Assembly: GCA_033764315.1 (NCBI GenBank)
Contig: JANRJA010000036.1
Coordinates: forward strand, 1 to 37,513
Origin: Oculatellaceae cyanobacterium bins.114
GTDB taxonomy: Bacteria; Cyanobacteriota; Cyanobacteriia; Elainellales; Elainellaceae
Direction of reading: 5' to 3'
DNA length: 37,513 nucleotides
Part shown: piece by piece, positions 1-9,317 of the stretch
Layout: every line of letters starts with the position of its first letter
Position numbering within the stretch: position 1 is the first letter of the stretch
Made by a program: the position numbers and the translations under genes
Notes under the pieces: model-generated
Databases searched by the model: none
The model's input: only the letters and a program-made list of their open reading frames with translations
What the model was told of the DNA's origin: nothing

Positions 1-139
1 ACCTTACGAGAGGCAACGGCCGCTTGGTCAACTGATGTTAACAACACTCAACGGGGTGTTGATTGGCAGATGAAGATCGATGATGCTCGATGTAAACTCA
101 CTTCTGTCTACCCTAAAATTAAGCTGTGACACAGCACTA
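1..139 (+). mobile_element. IS630-family element, 3' end (transposase C-terminus 1..129 plus right end)
   Basis: Frame 1 reads TLREATAAWSTDVNNTQRGVDWQMKIDDARCKLTSVYPKIKL* (TGA 127-129), resembling the IS630 C-terminal 'VDWQF...DAR.KL..LYP' pattern. It is followed by TGACACAGCAC-TA, consistent with a TA target. Not in the ORF track. Confidence 0.8.
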
Positions 140-283
140 GGAATCATTGCTGGTTTTCCAATGGGTTGGTTTACCCATCGGGTCTTTGCTCAACAACGAG
201 CCGCTCAGGTGCTGCTCTGTCGCCAACAACACTATGGGCAAGCCGAGGCGTCGTTGCAAGATATTTGTGGCACAGTTTACTAA
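137..283 (+). pseudogene. 3' remnant of a small, probably membrane-associated hypothetical gene interrupted by the IS
   Basis: LGIIAGFPMGWFTHRVFAQQRAAQVLLCRQQHYGQAEASLQDICGTVY* begins exactly at the CTAG junction. It is protein-like and its stop overlaps the convergent gene by 4 nt. Confidence 0.55.
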
Positions 284-789
284 ACCGTTGCCACTCGATG
301 CAGCAGGGTATGAAAATCGGCAGTAATAGCTCTTTGGTTGGCAGCAGTCAAAACGGGAACATGCACAAATAGGCAATGGCTTTGGGGTTGGTGCGATCGC
401 AATTGTTTAAGCATGACGTAGTAGAGTGCATTGCAGACAAACTGTCCGGCATCATCACTGATTTCTGTGTGATTTAACTCGGCTGTAAGGATTTGGAGGT
501 CGAGTGTAGTATGCAATATTTCTGACTCCGTGATCGCTCTGGACTCCACACTTAAGAGCGATCGCGACTCCGCCATACCACAGCAGATCACGACATCTGG
601 TTGAAGTTGAGTCACATGGGCGATCGCTTTTTGAGGAGCCAAGTCAAAATCCACCGGGAGTTGCCGCAAAAAATGCCAGTGAGAGGGAGGGTCTCGGTGC
701 ACTATCTCCAACAGCAGGTCGTCTGACGAATTCGATCGCTGATGTGGCATCCACGGCTGAAACGAGGTCAGTAGAAGCGTCTTTGACAT
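280..789 (-). CDS. Pyroglutamyl-peptidase I (peptidase C15) family protein
   Basis: Motifs LLTSFQPW, CCGMAESR...VE, DAGQFVCNALYY (catalytic Cys) and FVHVP (His). Start reassigned to MSKTLLL at 789. Confidence 0.85.
   Translation of the reverse strand: MSKTLLLTSFQPWMPHQRSNSSDDLLLEIVHRDPPSHWHFLRQLPVDFDLAPQKAIAHVTQLQPDVVICCGMAESRSLLSVESRAITESEILHTTLDLQILTAELNHTEISDDAGQFVCNALYYVMLKQLRSHQPQSHCLFVHVPVLTAANQRAITADFHTLLHRVATV
393..400. repeat. HIP1 octamer GCGATCGC (example; recurs throughout the window)
   Basis: Also at 558-565, 620-627 and many later positions. A cyanobacterial hallmark. Confidence 0.95.
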
Positions 790-864
790 TTTGTCTTCAG
801 TTCCTTCAGTTTTTGCCTTTGCCCCTAAAATAGTAAGATATCGGCTCAAAAAGGAAAAACGGGC

Positions 865-1506
865 ATGACACGAATTGCTGTAGTGGACTATGACATGGGA
901 AATTTGCACTCTGCCTGTAAGGGCTTAGAGAACGCAGGCGCAGTCACCCACGTTACAGACTCTGCCAAAGAGCTAGAACAGGCAGATGCGATTGTGTTGC
1001 CCGGAGTCGGTGCGTTTGACCCAGCCATTCAACAGTTGCGATCGCGCGATTTAATTCAACCCCTCAAAGACATCATCGCCAGCGGCAAACCCTTTTTGGG
1101 CATTTGTTTGGGTTTGCAGATTTTGTTAGATGGTAGCGAAGAGGGCAACGAACCCGGATTGGGGGTCGTGCCAGGGGTGGTACGCCACTTTCGCCATGAA
1201 CCCGGCATTACCATTCCTCATATGGGTTGGAATCAGTTGCAGTTCACTCAGCCAGACCTCCCCATATGGCAAGATCTCCCGGTTGATCCCTGGGTTTACT
1301 TTGTTCACTCCTACTATGCTGACCCTGCTCAACCAGAGGTGACTGCTGCGACGATTACCCACGGCAGCCAAACCATTACAGCGGCGATCGCCCGTGATAA
1401 TCTTGTGGCGGTTCAGTTTCACCCCGAAAAATCTTCCACCGCTGGTCTCAAGATTCTTTCTAACTTTGTGCAATCTGTTCGTCAGCGCACACTCGTTACA
1501 GCCTGA
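865..1506 (+). CDS. hisH: Imidazole glycerol phosphate synthase glutaminase subunit
   Basis: DYDMGNLHS, LPGVGAF, GICLGLQ, PHMGWN, YFVHSY, QFHPEKS. Confidence 0.97.
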   Translation: MTRIAVVDYDMGNLHSACKGLENAGAVTHVTDSAKELEQADAIVLPGVGAFDPAIQQLRSRDLIQPLKDIIASGKPFLGICLGLQILLDGSEEGNEPGLGVVPGVVRHFRHEPGITIPHMGWNQLQFTQPDLPIWQDLPVDPWVYFVHSYYADPAQPEVTAATITHGSQTITAAIARDNLVAVQFHPEKSSTAGLKILSNFVQSVRQRTLVTA

Positions 1507-1522
1507 CCCATTTAACTTGCCC

Positions 1523-2092
1523 ATGAGTCTGCGAATTTATGGCAATCGCCAACTCAAAACATTGCCGGGGCAGGCGACCCGTCCCACTCCAGCACGGGTT
1601 CGGGAGGCTCTGTTTAATATCTGGCAAGGGGCAATCGATGGGTGTCGGTGGCTCGACTTGTGTACAGGTAGCGGGGCAATGGGGGCAGAGGCGTTGTGTC
1701 GCGGTGCAGCACAGGTGACTGGCATTGAGCAGTCAAACCGGGCTTGTGCTGTGATTCAACAGAACTGGCAGCAAGTCGCTCAGGAACCCCAGCAGTTTCA
1801 GATCATTCGGGGGGATGTGGTGAAACGGTTGCCATCACTGGCAGGTCAAACGTTTGATCGGATTTACTTCGACCCACCCTACGCCAGTGGATTGTATGAA
1901 TCGGTGTTTTGCCTGATCGCTCAACATCACCTTTTGGCACCCGATGGAGAAATAGCCGCAGAACATAGCCCAGAGCATTACAGCGAAGCCACGATGCAAC
2001 AACTCGTTGCAACGATACCTCACCTCCACATGACCCGTTACAAAAGCTATGGCAATACGGCGATCGCTTTTATAGGAAAAACGGAGGATTAA
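1523..2092 (+). CDS. rsmD: 16S rRNA m2G966 methyltransferase
   Basis: TRPTPARVREALFNI, LDLCTGSGAMGAEALCRGA, FDPPY, YGNTAI. ATG at 1523. Confidence 0.92.
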   Translation: MSLRIYGNRQLKTLPGQATRPTPARVREALFNIWQGAIDGCRWLDLCTGSGAMGAEALCRGAAQVTGIEQSNRACAVIQQNWQQVAQEPQQFQIIRGDVVKRLPSLAGQTFDRIYFDPPYASGLYESVFCLIAQHHLLAPDGEIAAEHSPEHYSEATMQQLVATIPHLHMTRYKSYGNTAIAFIGKTED

Positions 2093-2147
2093 TCGACTGC
2101 CCTTGAGGGGCACCTGCGATCGCCTCTTGACTCCTTCACCTCACCCC

Positions 2148-3101
2148 TCACACGGTCACCAATGCCTCAACCGATCGCCGAGGAATGTCGTAGGTCATGA
2201 AGTCATGCGCCATGATGGTATTTGGAAAAATCGCCCTAGCCTCGGCTAACAAATCATCCAGGGTGATTGCGTTGCCAGGAGCATAGCGAGGGCTAAAGTG
2301 AGTCATGATCAATTGCTTCACACCAGCACTAAGGGCCACCTGAGCTGCCATAGTCGAGGTAGAGTGCAAGCGTTGATAGGCTAGCTCAGCGTCTTGGTGG
2401 GCAAAGGTCGCTTCATGGATCAAGACATCCGCATCGCGTGCCAACGTAACTGCATTGTCACAATAAATGGTGTCGGTGCAATAGACAAACTTGCGTCCGA
2501 TTTCCGGTTCACCGCAAAGATCAGTCCCTTTAATGACCCGTCCATCGGGCAGGGTGATCGCTTCACCCCGTTTTAACTTGCCATAGAGTGGCCCTGAGGG
2601 AATGCCTAACGTGGCCGCTTGCTCAACATTAAATCGTCCTGCTTTGTCTTTTTCGGCAACCCGATAGCCAAACGCAGGCACTCGGTGAGTTAAGGGTTCA
2701 CAATGCACTACAAACTCGTCATCCTCAAACACGACTCCGGGTTCCACAGTGTGAACCTTGACTGGATATGAGAAATGGGTTTGAGAATAACGCCCACACG
2801 CTTTTAAGTAGTCGTCGAGCTTAGGAGGGCCATAAATGTCAATGCGACTGGGGTTGCCTGCCAACCCACAACTGGCTAACAAACCCATCAAGCCGTAGAT
2901 GTGATCGCCATGCATGTGAGTGACAAAAATACGGGAAATTTGACTGATGCGAATGTCGCTCCGCAAGACTTGATGTTGGGTTCCTTCGCCGCAGTCAAAT
3001 AGCCACGCCTCTGCTCGCTGCGGTAATCGCAGGACAATACTAGAGACGTTGCGCGATCGCGTGGGTACTCCTGAACTGGTTCCTAAAAATGTAAGTTGCA
3101 A
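2148..3101 (-). CDS. rnz: Ribonuclease Z
   Basis: [44 protein letters not shown] start. Confidence 0.96.
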   Translation of the reverse strand: MQLTFLGTSSGVPTRSRNVSSIVLRLPQRAEAWLFDCGEGTQHQVLRSDIRISQISRIFVTHMHGDHIYGLMGLLASCGLAGNPSRIDIYGPPKLDDYLKACGRYSQTHFSYPVKVHTVEPGVVFEDDEFVVHCEPLTHRVPAFGYRVAEKDKAGRFNVEQAATLGIPSGPLYGKLKRGEAITLPDGRVIKGTDLCGEPEIGRKFVYCTDTIYCDNAVTLARDADVLIHEATFAHQDAELAYQRLHSTSTMAAQVALSAGVKQLIMTHFSPRYAPGNAITLDDLLAEARAIFPNTIMAHDFMTYDIPRRSVEALVTV

Positions 3102-3491
3102 GACTAAATTAACCCTAACTACCTGAATATCAGCATCTCATTCACTACCCTCTATCCTGCCACAGGATTTAATCAGACTGAAGGCTCCTTTAGAAAGCAC
3201 TGATCCCCTGACGAAAGATCCTTGGAATAAATAAAGAATTCTAAAAAAATCCTTTGAAAGAAGGTTATTGACTCAACCCATAGCACAATGCTCTTAGCAA
3301 GCGTACTATTTGCTACTACTCTATCTAAAGAGCTAGTCCGATAGGACAAATTTATACCGTTAAGGAGAATGTATTCCTGTCTTAGCCCTATAGAATTCTC
3401 TCGTGAACTTTCTAAAGACACCGTTGTAACGCTGTCGTGACGTTCTATCCTCATGCATTTGCCCCTACCCTGCTTATCTGCTGTAACCGCT

Positions 3492-5177
3492 ATGAATCAG
3501 CCCCTTGATTCCACGATCATGGCAAATCTGCCTGGACTCTCTTTACCCGTCCCCGAATTAGTATCTACACCAATGACACCTGCACATCCACTGTTGCCCC
3601 ACCTTTTGGGCTTAGCTCTACCTGGAGAATTTAATTTAGATTCTTTGTGGAACACTTTGATCGCCCTATCAGGGGGTATTTTAATCCTGATTGTTGGTTG
3701 GATCATCGCTGCGATCGCGGCTTCAGTGACTCGTGGTTTACTGAAACGCACTGATCTAGACAATCGCCTTGCTAGCATGATGATGCCAGGAGAACGGGCA
3801 AACGCCGGATCTGCCATTGAGAAATGGGTTCCTACGATTGTTTTCTGGATCATTTTCATCATTGCCATTGTTGCCTTCCTAGATGCGCTTCAACTCACCA
3901 CGGTTTCACAACCGTTAAATAACTTCCTCAATCAGATCTTTGCCTTTTTGCCCCGCTTGGGTGCAGCGGCCCTGTTGGTTGGAGTTGCCTGGTTAGTGGC
4001 AACAATTGCCCGCGCCCTTGTCGTGCGTACAGCGACTTCCTTTGGCATTGACCAGCGGTTGAGTCAGGCAGACCCCACTACGCCTCCTGAGGGACAGTTT
4101 CTGCTGAGCCAGACTCTGGGAAATGCCCTGTATTGGTTTATTTTCCTGTTTTTCTTGCCTCTCATTTTGGGAGTTCTCAATCTGCGAGGCCCGTTAGAGC
4201 CAGTTCAAAACCTGCTCAATAACTTCCTGGAGGCTCTGCCCCGGATTGTAGAAGCCATTATTATCGCTCTGATTGGTTGGTTCATTGCTCGCATCGTTCG
4301 GGGAATTGTTACCAACTTGTTAGTTGCCGCAGGAACGGATCGACTGGGTGGCAGAGTTGGCTTGCGTCAAACAGCAAGTGGCTCTTCACTGTCGGGGATC
4401 ATCGGTACAGTAGTCTATGTGCTGATTTTGATTCCAACGGCGATCGCCGCTCTGGATGCGCTGGAAATCGAGGCAATCTCAGCTCCAGCGACCGCCATGC
4501 TCAATCAGATTCTGCAGGCCATTCCGCAGATCTTCACAGCGGCGTTGATTTTAGTAGTCGCCTATGTAATTGGGCAGTTCATTGCTGACTTAGTCTCCAA
4601 TATTCTGACGAGCTTGGGCTTCAACAACATCTTCTCTTGGCTGGGCTTAGGCTCTCCTGCTCCGACTCCTGTTGTGGTGGATCCCACAGCAACCACGCTG
4701 CAAGAGCCAGGAGAACCTGTTCCATCCTCACCCCGGACTCCCTCTGAAATCGTGGGAATTATTGCCTGGGTGGGTGTGATGTTGTTTGCGGTGGTCGCTG
4801 CTACCAACATTCTCAATATTCCAGCGTTAACCGCAATCGTGTCTGGGTTGTTGCTGATCTTTGGTCAGGTGTTAGTGGGCTTGGTTGTCTTTGCCGTAGG
4901 TCTATATCTGGCAAACCTTGCTTTCTCACTCGTGACAAGCTCTGGCGGCCGGCAATCTCGCATTTTGGGACAAACTGCTCGGATCGCCATTATTGCTCTT
5001 GCCTCGGCTATGGCACTGCAACAAATGGGAGTTGCAACCAATATTGTGAACCTGGCGTTTGGCTTGTTATTGGGAGCGATCGCCGTTGCAATTGCCCTCG
5101 CCTTTGGCCTGGGTGGACGGGATGTGGCCGCTGAGGAACTCCGGGGATGGTTAGCATCCTTCCGTCGGGACTCCTAG
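3492..5177 (+). CDS. CmpX-like TM-helix repeat / mechanosensitive channel-associated membrane protein
   Basis: Repeated 'LN.I..FLP.I..A.I....GW.IA' helices and C-terminal 'AIALAFGLGGRDVA'. Start uncertain (3453, 3492 or later). Confidence 0.8.
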   Translation: MNQPLDSTIMANLPGLSLPVPELVSTPMTPAHPLLPHLLGLALPGEFNLDSLWNTLIALSGGILILIVGWIIAAIAASVTRGLLKRTDLDNRLASMMMPGERANAGSAIEKWVPTIVFWIIFIIAIVAFLDALQLTTVSQPLNNFLNQIFAFLPRLGAAALLVGVAWLVATIARALVVRTATSFGIDQRLSQADPTTPPEGQFLLSQTLGNALYWFIFLFFLPLILGVLNLRGPLEPVQNLLNNFLEALPRIVEAIIIALIGWFIARIVRGIVTNLLVAAGTDRLGGRVGLRQTASGSSLSGIIGTVVYVLILIPTAIAALDALEIEAISAPATAMLNQILQAIPQIFTAALILVVAYVIGQFIADLVSNILTSLGFNNIFSWLGLGSPAPTPVVVDPTATTLQEPGEPVPSSPRTPSEIVGIIAWVGVMLFAVVAATNILNIPALTAIVSGLLLIFGQVLVGLVVFAVGLYLANLAFSLVTSSGGRQSRILGQTARIAIIALASAMALQQMGVATNIVNLAFGLLLGAIAVAIALAFGLGGRDVAAEELRGWLASFRRDS

Positions 5178-5213
5178 TGATCAGTTTGCAGTCCGTTTAG
5201 TCTAATTTCTTGC

Positions 5214-5250
5214 AAAGAAGTCGGGGTTTTCTAAAACCTCCGACTTCTTT
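5214..5250 (+). terminator. Hairpin/terminator downstream of the CmpX-like gene
   Basis: AAAGAAGTCGG-GGTTTT..AAAACC-T-CCGACTTCTTT inverted repeat followed by a T-run. Confidence 0.65.
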
Positions 5251-5275
5251 TCTATCTGAGGGTGAGCTTAAAGTA

Positions 5276-5549
5276 ACCTGATACCCATTTGAATTGTCAT
5301 CCTAACCATCAAATCTCTGTAAGGGCGAATGGCCATTCGCCCCTAACGGGATCTGTCACTTTTACAAACTAAATCGGTATGAGTTCGGGATAGGGATTTT
5401 GGCAGTTGAAACCGCTGACTTCGGCGTGAGCTCAGCCGAACGCTATACGAGCAAAACCGACAGGTCGGTTCAGTAAACCTTTGATTTTGGTAGTCCGCGA
5501 AGGCGGACTTCGCTCTGGTAGTCGCGAATTTATTCGCTGAGCTACTTAA
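5276..5549. mobile_element. MITE family A, copy 1 (ACCTGAGTT end; right TIR missing; carries nested elements)
   Basis: Aligns along its length with 27079..27280 and diverges after CTTAA, where copy 2 has its right TIR. Confidence 0.8.
5282..5379. mobile_element. 98-bp MITE family B nested in the left TIR of MITE A
   Basis: TIRs TACCCATTTGAATTGT / TACCGATTTAGTTTGT (12/16). TGA is duplicated at 5279-5281 and 5380-5382. Internal perfect palindrome GGGCGAATGGCCATTCGCCC at 5323-5342. Confidence 0.75.
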
Positions 5550-5646
5550 GCTTGGGACTAACCTTCGATCGCTATTGGCCGAAATTGGTATACCTTGGAT
5601 GATCACGGCTATATCTAGGGAAGTCCAGGTCAAAACACAATTGATA

Positions 5647-6339
5647 ATGCAGAACCACAGCAAAAATCTCAATCGGGCAAGACCTATTCAGGCAAACAGT
5701 TCCTTAAGAGGAGCCGTTGATCCCCGAAATAAATTTGATTTCTTTAGATTCCGGGTTTCCAGTCAGAGCCAGTTTAGTGTGAGCTTAACAGGGTTAAGAC
5801 AAAATGCTGATCTTGCGCTGTATCAAGGCAGGCGATTAATTGCCCAATCGAGACAAGGCGGAACTGCCGCAGAGTCTATCACTGGCACCTTGCAACCAGG
5901 CACATATTTTTTGCGGGTGGCGGTGCGTGGAGCAAGAACGCGCTATCAACTCCAGCTTTCAAACTCGCCGCTTGGAGCTTCGTTTCCGATTGGTCAAGGA
6001 CCAACCCCCTGGTTTTATAGCAATGAATTCGGTTATGAGAGACTCCCTGCAAACCCCAATGAGTTAATTTTTTTGGATGCAACAGTGAGTTCATTTCTAG
6101 GAGATGAGCCTACTTTTTATAACGCTTTAAGCTTCCAATATCCTGACATCGCCACGACGCTATACACCAATGCGATCGCCCTCAACTCAACCCGAGAATC
6201 TGCCGAATTTGTGAATGGTCGTCCCGATCGCTACTTTGTCAACAGTCGCAACGAAACGGTCTTTATTCCAGGAGTTGCTGGCCTCTATAGTGGTCAGCCT
6301 CCTGCCGAAACAATTTATTTTCCTCGATGGTTTTCCTAG
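5647..6339 (+). CDS. PPC (pre-peptidase C-terminal) domain protein with unassigned C-terminal domain
   Basis: DFFRFRV...VSLTGLRQNADLALY...GTAAESITGTLQPGTYFLRV...YQLQLS is PPC-like. ATG at 5647. Confidence 0.75.
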   Translation: MQNHSKNLNRARPIQANSSLRGAVDPRNKFDFFRFRVSSQSQFSVSLTGLRQNADLALYQGRRLIAQSRQGGTAAESITGTLQPGTYFLRVAVRGARTRYQLQLSNSPLGASFPIGQGPTPWFYSNEFGYERLPANPNELIFLDATVSSFLGDEPTFYNALSFQYPDIATTLYTNAIALNSTRESAEFVNGRPDRYFVNSRNETVFIPGVAGLYSGQPPAETIYFPRWFS

Positions 6340-6489
6340 AAGCTGCGATGAAAAGTTTGGCTCATGCAAGAGGTTTGTTATAGTGGTCGAGGTTGTGACT
6401 GCACAGCCCTAAAACAAGCGCACTACCACCTGTAACTTTTGGTCGCAGCGATCGTCCTGAACTGTAATCATGAACGTGAGGAGCCTGGA

Positions 6490-7683
6490 ATGACTTCTAC
6501 AACCCCCGTAAGTTTGCAATGGTTGTGGTTAAGACCCCTGCTGAAATTGGCGCAAAAATCTTGGTGGATGTCTCTATTGCTTTGGTTGGTGGCGATCGCT
6601 CCGGCTCAAGCAGCTTTAGAATTGCGAGTGGCGATCGAAGAAAACGTTTCACAAGTCACTTTAGGTAGCTCGACCCCAGCAACCGTACAAGATGCTTCAG
6701 GGCGAGCGTTGGCTCAGATTCCCGCAGGTGGAGCAATAACCGCTCAATCGACCCCAGGCGGAGTGCAAATTGGTCAGTGGCAAACGGGGCAAGCTTGGAT
6801 CGAGCCGAGTAATGGCGGTTTTGTATTTATTGGCGATCGCTGGTATCGTGGACGCACACTGGTTGTGGCAACTGGGAGTGGAGTAACAGCGGTCAACTAT
6901 GTCGATTTAGAGCAATATCTCTATAGTGTTGTAGGGGGTGAGATGCCAACCAATTGGCCTCTTGAAGCTCTCAAAGCTCAAGCTGTTTCTGCGCGTTCCT
7001 ATGCCCTCTATCAACGGCAGACCAGTGCAAACGCTGTTTTTGATGTTGGTGACACAACCTCATGGCAGGTCTATCGGGGCGTTGAAGAAGAAACCAACAC
7101 CACACAAGCAGCGGTTCAACAAACTGAGGGACAAGTCTTGACTTATCAAGGGCAAATTATTGAAGCGGTGTTTCATTCATCGTCTGGTGGATATACTGAA
7201 AACGTTGAAGATGTCTGGACTCAGCCCCTCCCTTATCTGCGAGCCGTTCAAGACTTTGACCAAGGAGCCCCAGTTTATCAGTGGAGTGAAACCATTTCAG
7301 CCGATCGCTTACGGCAAGCAATCTCAGGGATCGGAAATATTCTCTCTATAGTTCCCGATCGCACCACCCCACGGGGTCGGATCGTCACAATGCGGGTCAC
7401 GGGCGAAACCGGAAGTCGCGTTGTTAGTGGTGCTGAGTTACGTCGTGCCCTGCAACTGAGAAGCACTTTGTTTTCTATCACTCCCATCTTGGGGCAGGTT
7501 GCGAGTACCCAAAGTGTGCCCTCGATTCCAACCGGGTTTTTGATCGATGGGCGCGGTTTTGGTCATGGTTTAGGGATGAGCCAATGGGGAGCCTATAATC
7601 TGGCATCTCAGGGCTATACCTATCAACAAATTGTCACCCACTACTACACTGGGGCAACCCTCGCCAAAATTCAGGTCGAATAA
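6490..7683 (+). CDS. SpoIID/LytB domain protein (peptidoglycan lytic transglycosylase family)
   Basis: LEQYLYSVVGGEMP..WPLEALKAQAVSARSYA, FHSSSGG, GFGHGLGMSQWGA, and a signal-peptide-like N-terminus. Confidence 0.92.
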   Translation: MTSTTPVSLQWLWLRPLLKLAQKSWWMSLLLWLVAIAPAQAALELRVAIEENVSQVTLGSSTPATVQDASGRALAQIPAGGAITAQSTPGGVQIGQWQTGQAWIEPSNGGFVFIGDRWYRGRTLVVATGSGVTAVNYVDLEQYLYSVVGGEMPTNWPLEALKAQAVSARSYALYQRQTSANAVFDVGDTTSWQVYRGVEEETNTTQAAVQQTEGQVLTYQGQIIEAVFHSSSGGYTENVEDVWTQPLPYLRAVQDFDQGAPVYQWSETISADRLRQAISGIGNILSIVPDRTTPRGRIVTMRVTGETGSRVVSGAELRRALQLRSTLFSITPILGQVASTQSVPSIPTGFLIDGRGFGHGLGMSQWGAYNLASQGYTYQQIVTHYYTGATLAKIQVE

Positions 7684-7716
7684 AATATAGGTATACAAAA
7701 ATTACAGGCATACAAA

Positions 7717-7782
7717 GCAGGGACGCGATTAATCGCGTCCCTGCCAATTAATCGCGTCCCTTCGTTTCTATGATCGCGTCTC
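7717..7782. repeat. REP-like 28-bp perfect palindrome plus two decayed half copies; probable bidirectional terminator
   Basis: GCAGGGACGCGATTAATCGCGTCCCTGC (7717-7744), then ATTAATCGCGTCCCT and ATCGCGTCTCT, between convergent genes. Confidence 0.7.
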
Positions 7783-7786
7783 TTAT

Positions 7787-9109
7787 TTAATACCCTTCCA
7801 GTCGTCTGCGCCATTCGGCGTCGATCTTGTCAGATTGGGCTGCTTCCTGTTCAGTTAGATCCGTTTCAGTGGTGTATGCCAAGTTGCTGGCGGTGATCAC
7901 TGTCTGGGCCGCAAACTGATGGGCATAGCTGATTTTACGTTGCAGGTCGGCGTTGGCTTCGTTTAAGAACACGGCTCGATCTTGGCGATCGCTATTGCGA
8001 GCTTCGACTCCTTTATTGCGCCATTTAATCCAAAAATAGCGAATCAGCGGAACGGTTAAGAAGGCGATGCCATAGGCCAACAAAACACCATAAATGCTAC
8101 TAACAAAGGCAACTAAGCCTCCAATCTCAGCAGCAATGGTGCCATCTGCCAGCAGCGTCCCTAAGAAGATAGCACCTGCCAAATTCAACACTCCTAACCC
8201 GATCGCGACTGAAATCTGCCCTCCATTCGCCTCACTAAACCGCCACAGAGACTCTCTCAAATAGGCAGGCACACTCGTTGAGCGACTCTCAGACGCTGTC
8301 ACCTGCAACTCAGGAAAGTGGTAAACGATTTGACCTTCAGGGCTAACCTCAGGGCGACCGTTAAAGCGAGTCAACACAGGCAACATAAAGGCTTCATATT
8401 CTCGGTCGAAACCAGTCCCCAGATCATCTAGATAAGGAGAAATCTGTTCTGCGACCACGGCTCCCTGGTTATTGCGAATCACAGTCGCGATCGCCCGCCA
8501 GCGTCGTTCGTCTAGATCAGCATTGGGGTCGCCATCTCCAAACAAGAAGGAGAAGATCGATTCCAAAAAGTTCATGCGATCGCCATCACCATCTCGGTGA
8601 AACTGTTGACGGCGATAGGAGCGGCGATCGTAGTAATCGGGGTAAAACACCCAAAACAGATCAGGGCCAAACCAGAATCGGGGGAAAAAGAAGATGCCAC
8701 CGCCTCCACCAGAACTCTCTCGGCGATCGCCTTCGCCATCTCGACTGGAATTCAGAGCAATTAGAATAATCGTGATTGCCACAACGATCAGGACAATAGA
8801 GGCGATCAGCAAAATTCCAAAGGAAATACGAATCAAGTAGAACAACAGCTTCCAAACTTTATTCCACCATTCCTGCAACCTCAGTCGAAAATACTTGCTC
8901 TGTAAAACACTCCGAAAATTTTGAGGAAAGAGATAGGCAATCTCCCCAGCATCGGATACCTGTAAATGTCCACCCGCTTCGGATGCGAGTGCTAATAGCC
9001 CCTGTTCAGCGACTTTAATATCTAATCCGGCTTGAGACGCGACATCACCGACGGTAACGCGGTAGTCTAACTTCTCAACCGCCTGCATAATGGTAGGGTT
9101 TGGAGCCAT
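7787..9109 (-). CDS. Conserved cyanobacterial/plastid membrane protein (At5g03900-like)
   Basis: AVEKLDYRVTVGDVA, FLESIFSFLFGDGDPN, FNGRPEVSPEGQIVYHFPELQ and TM segments. Family recognised from memory. Confidence 0.75.
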   Translation of the reverse strand: MAPNPTIMQAVEKLDYRVTVGDVASQAGLDIKVAEQGLLALASEAGGHLQVSDAGEIAYLFPQNFRSVLQSKYFRLRLQEWWNKVWKLLFYLIRISFGILLIASIVLIVVAITIILIALNSSRDGEGDRRESSGGGGGIFFFPRFWFGPDLFWVFYPDYYDRRSYRRQQFHRDGDGDRMNFLESIFSFLFGDGDPNADLDERRWRAIATVIRNNQGAVVAEQISPYLDDLGTGFDREYEAFMLPVLTRFNGRPEVSPEGQIVYHFPELQVTASESRSTSVPAYLRESLWRFSEANGGQISVAIGLGVLNLAGAIFLGTLLADGTIAAEIGGLVAFVSSIYGVLLAYGIAFLTVPLIRYFWIKWRNKGVEARNSDRQDRAVFLNEANADLQRKISYAHQFAAQTVITASNLAYTTETDLTEQEAAQSDKIDAEWRRRLEGY

Positions 9110-9317
9110 ATCTGAATTTTGATAGACCTGAGACTCTCTCTTTAGTATAGAATTTTGGCTTGAAGCATTGCAGAACTGGAATGACGGGAATTTCTACCAA
9201 AATTGATTTGACAAAAGGTTTCAGTCAACTGTCTACAGCACAGAATCAACGCTAAGGTAGACTGTAATTGCGTCGCTTATTGCTCTTAATCACGCTTCAT
9301 TTAACAAAATCGCTATT

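Noticed and set aside
80..136. N-terminus of the 67-aa ORF 80..283
   Set aside because: It lies within IS DNA in a different frame from the transposase, so the ORF is chimeric.
3173..3454. 93-aa minus-strand ORF
   Set aside because: AT-rich divergent promoter region with no recognisable motif; probably spurious.
5343..5672. 109-aa minus-strand ORF
   Set aside because: It is mostly a translation of MITE and repeat DNA.
6340..6490. Possible c-di-AMP (ydaO) riboswitch upstream of a cell-wall enzyme
   Set aside because: The conserved GCTGAA / CCCGTCAGCTAA-type motifs are absent.
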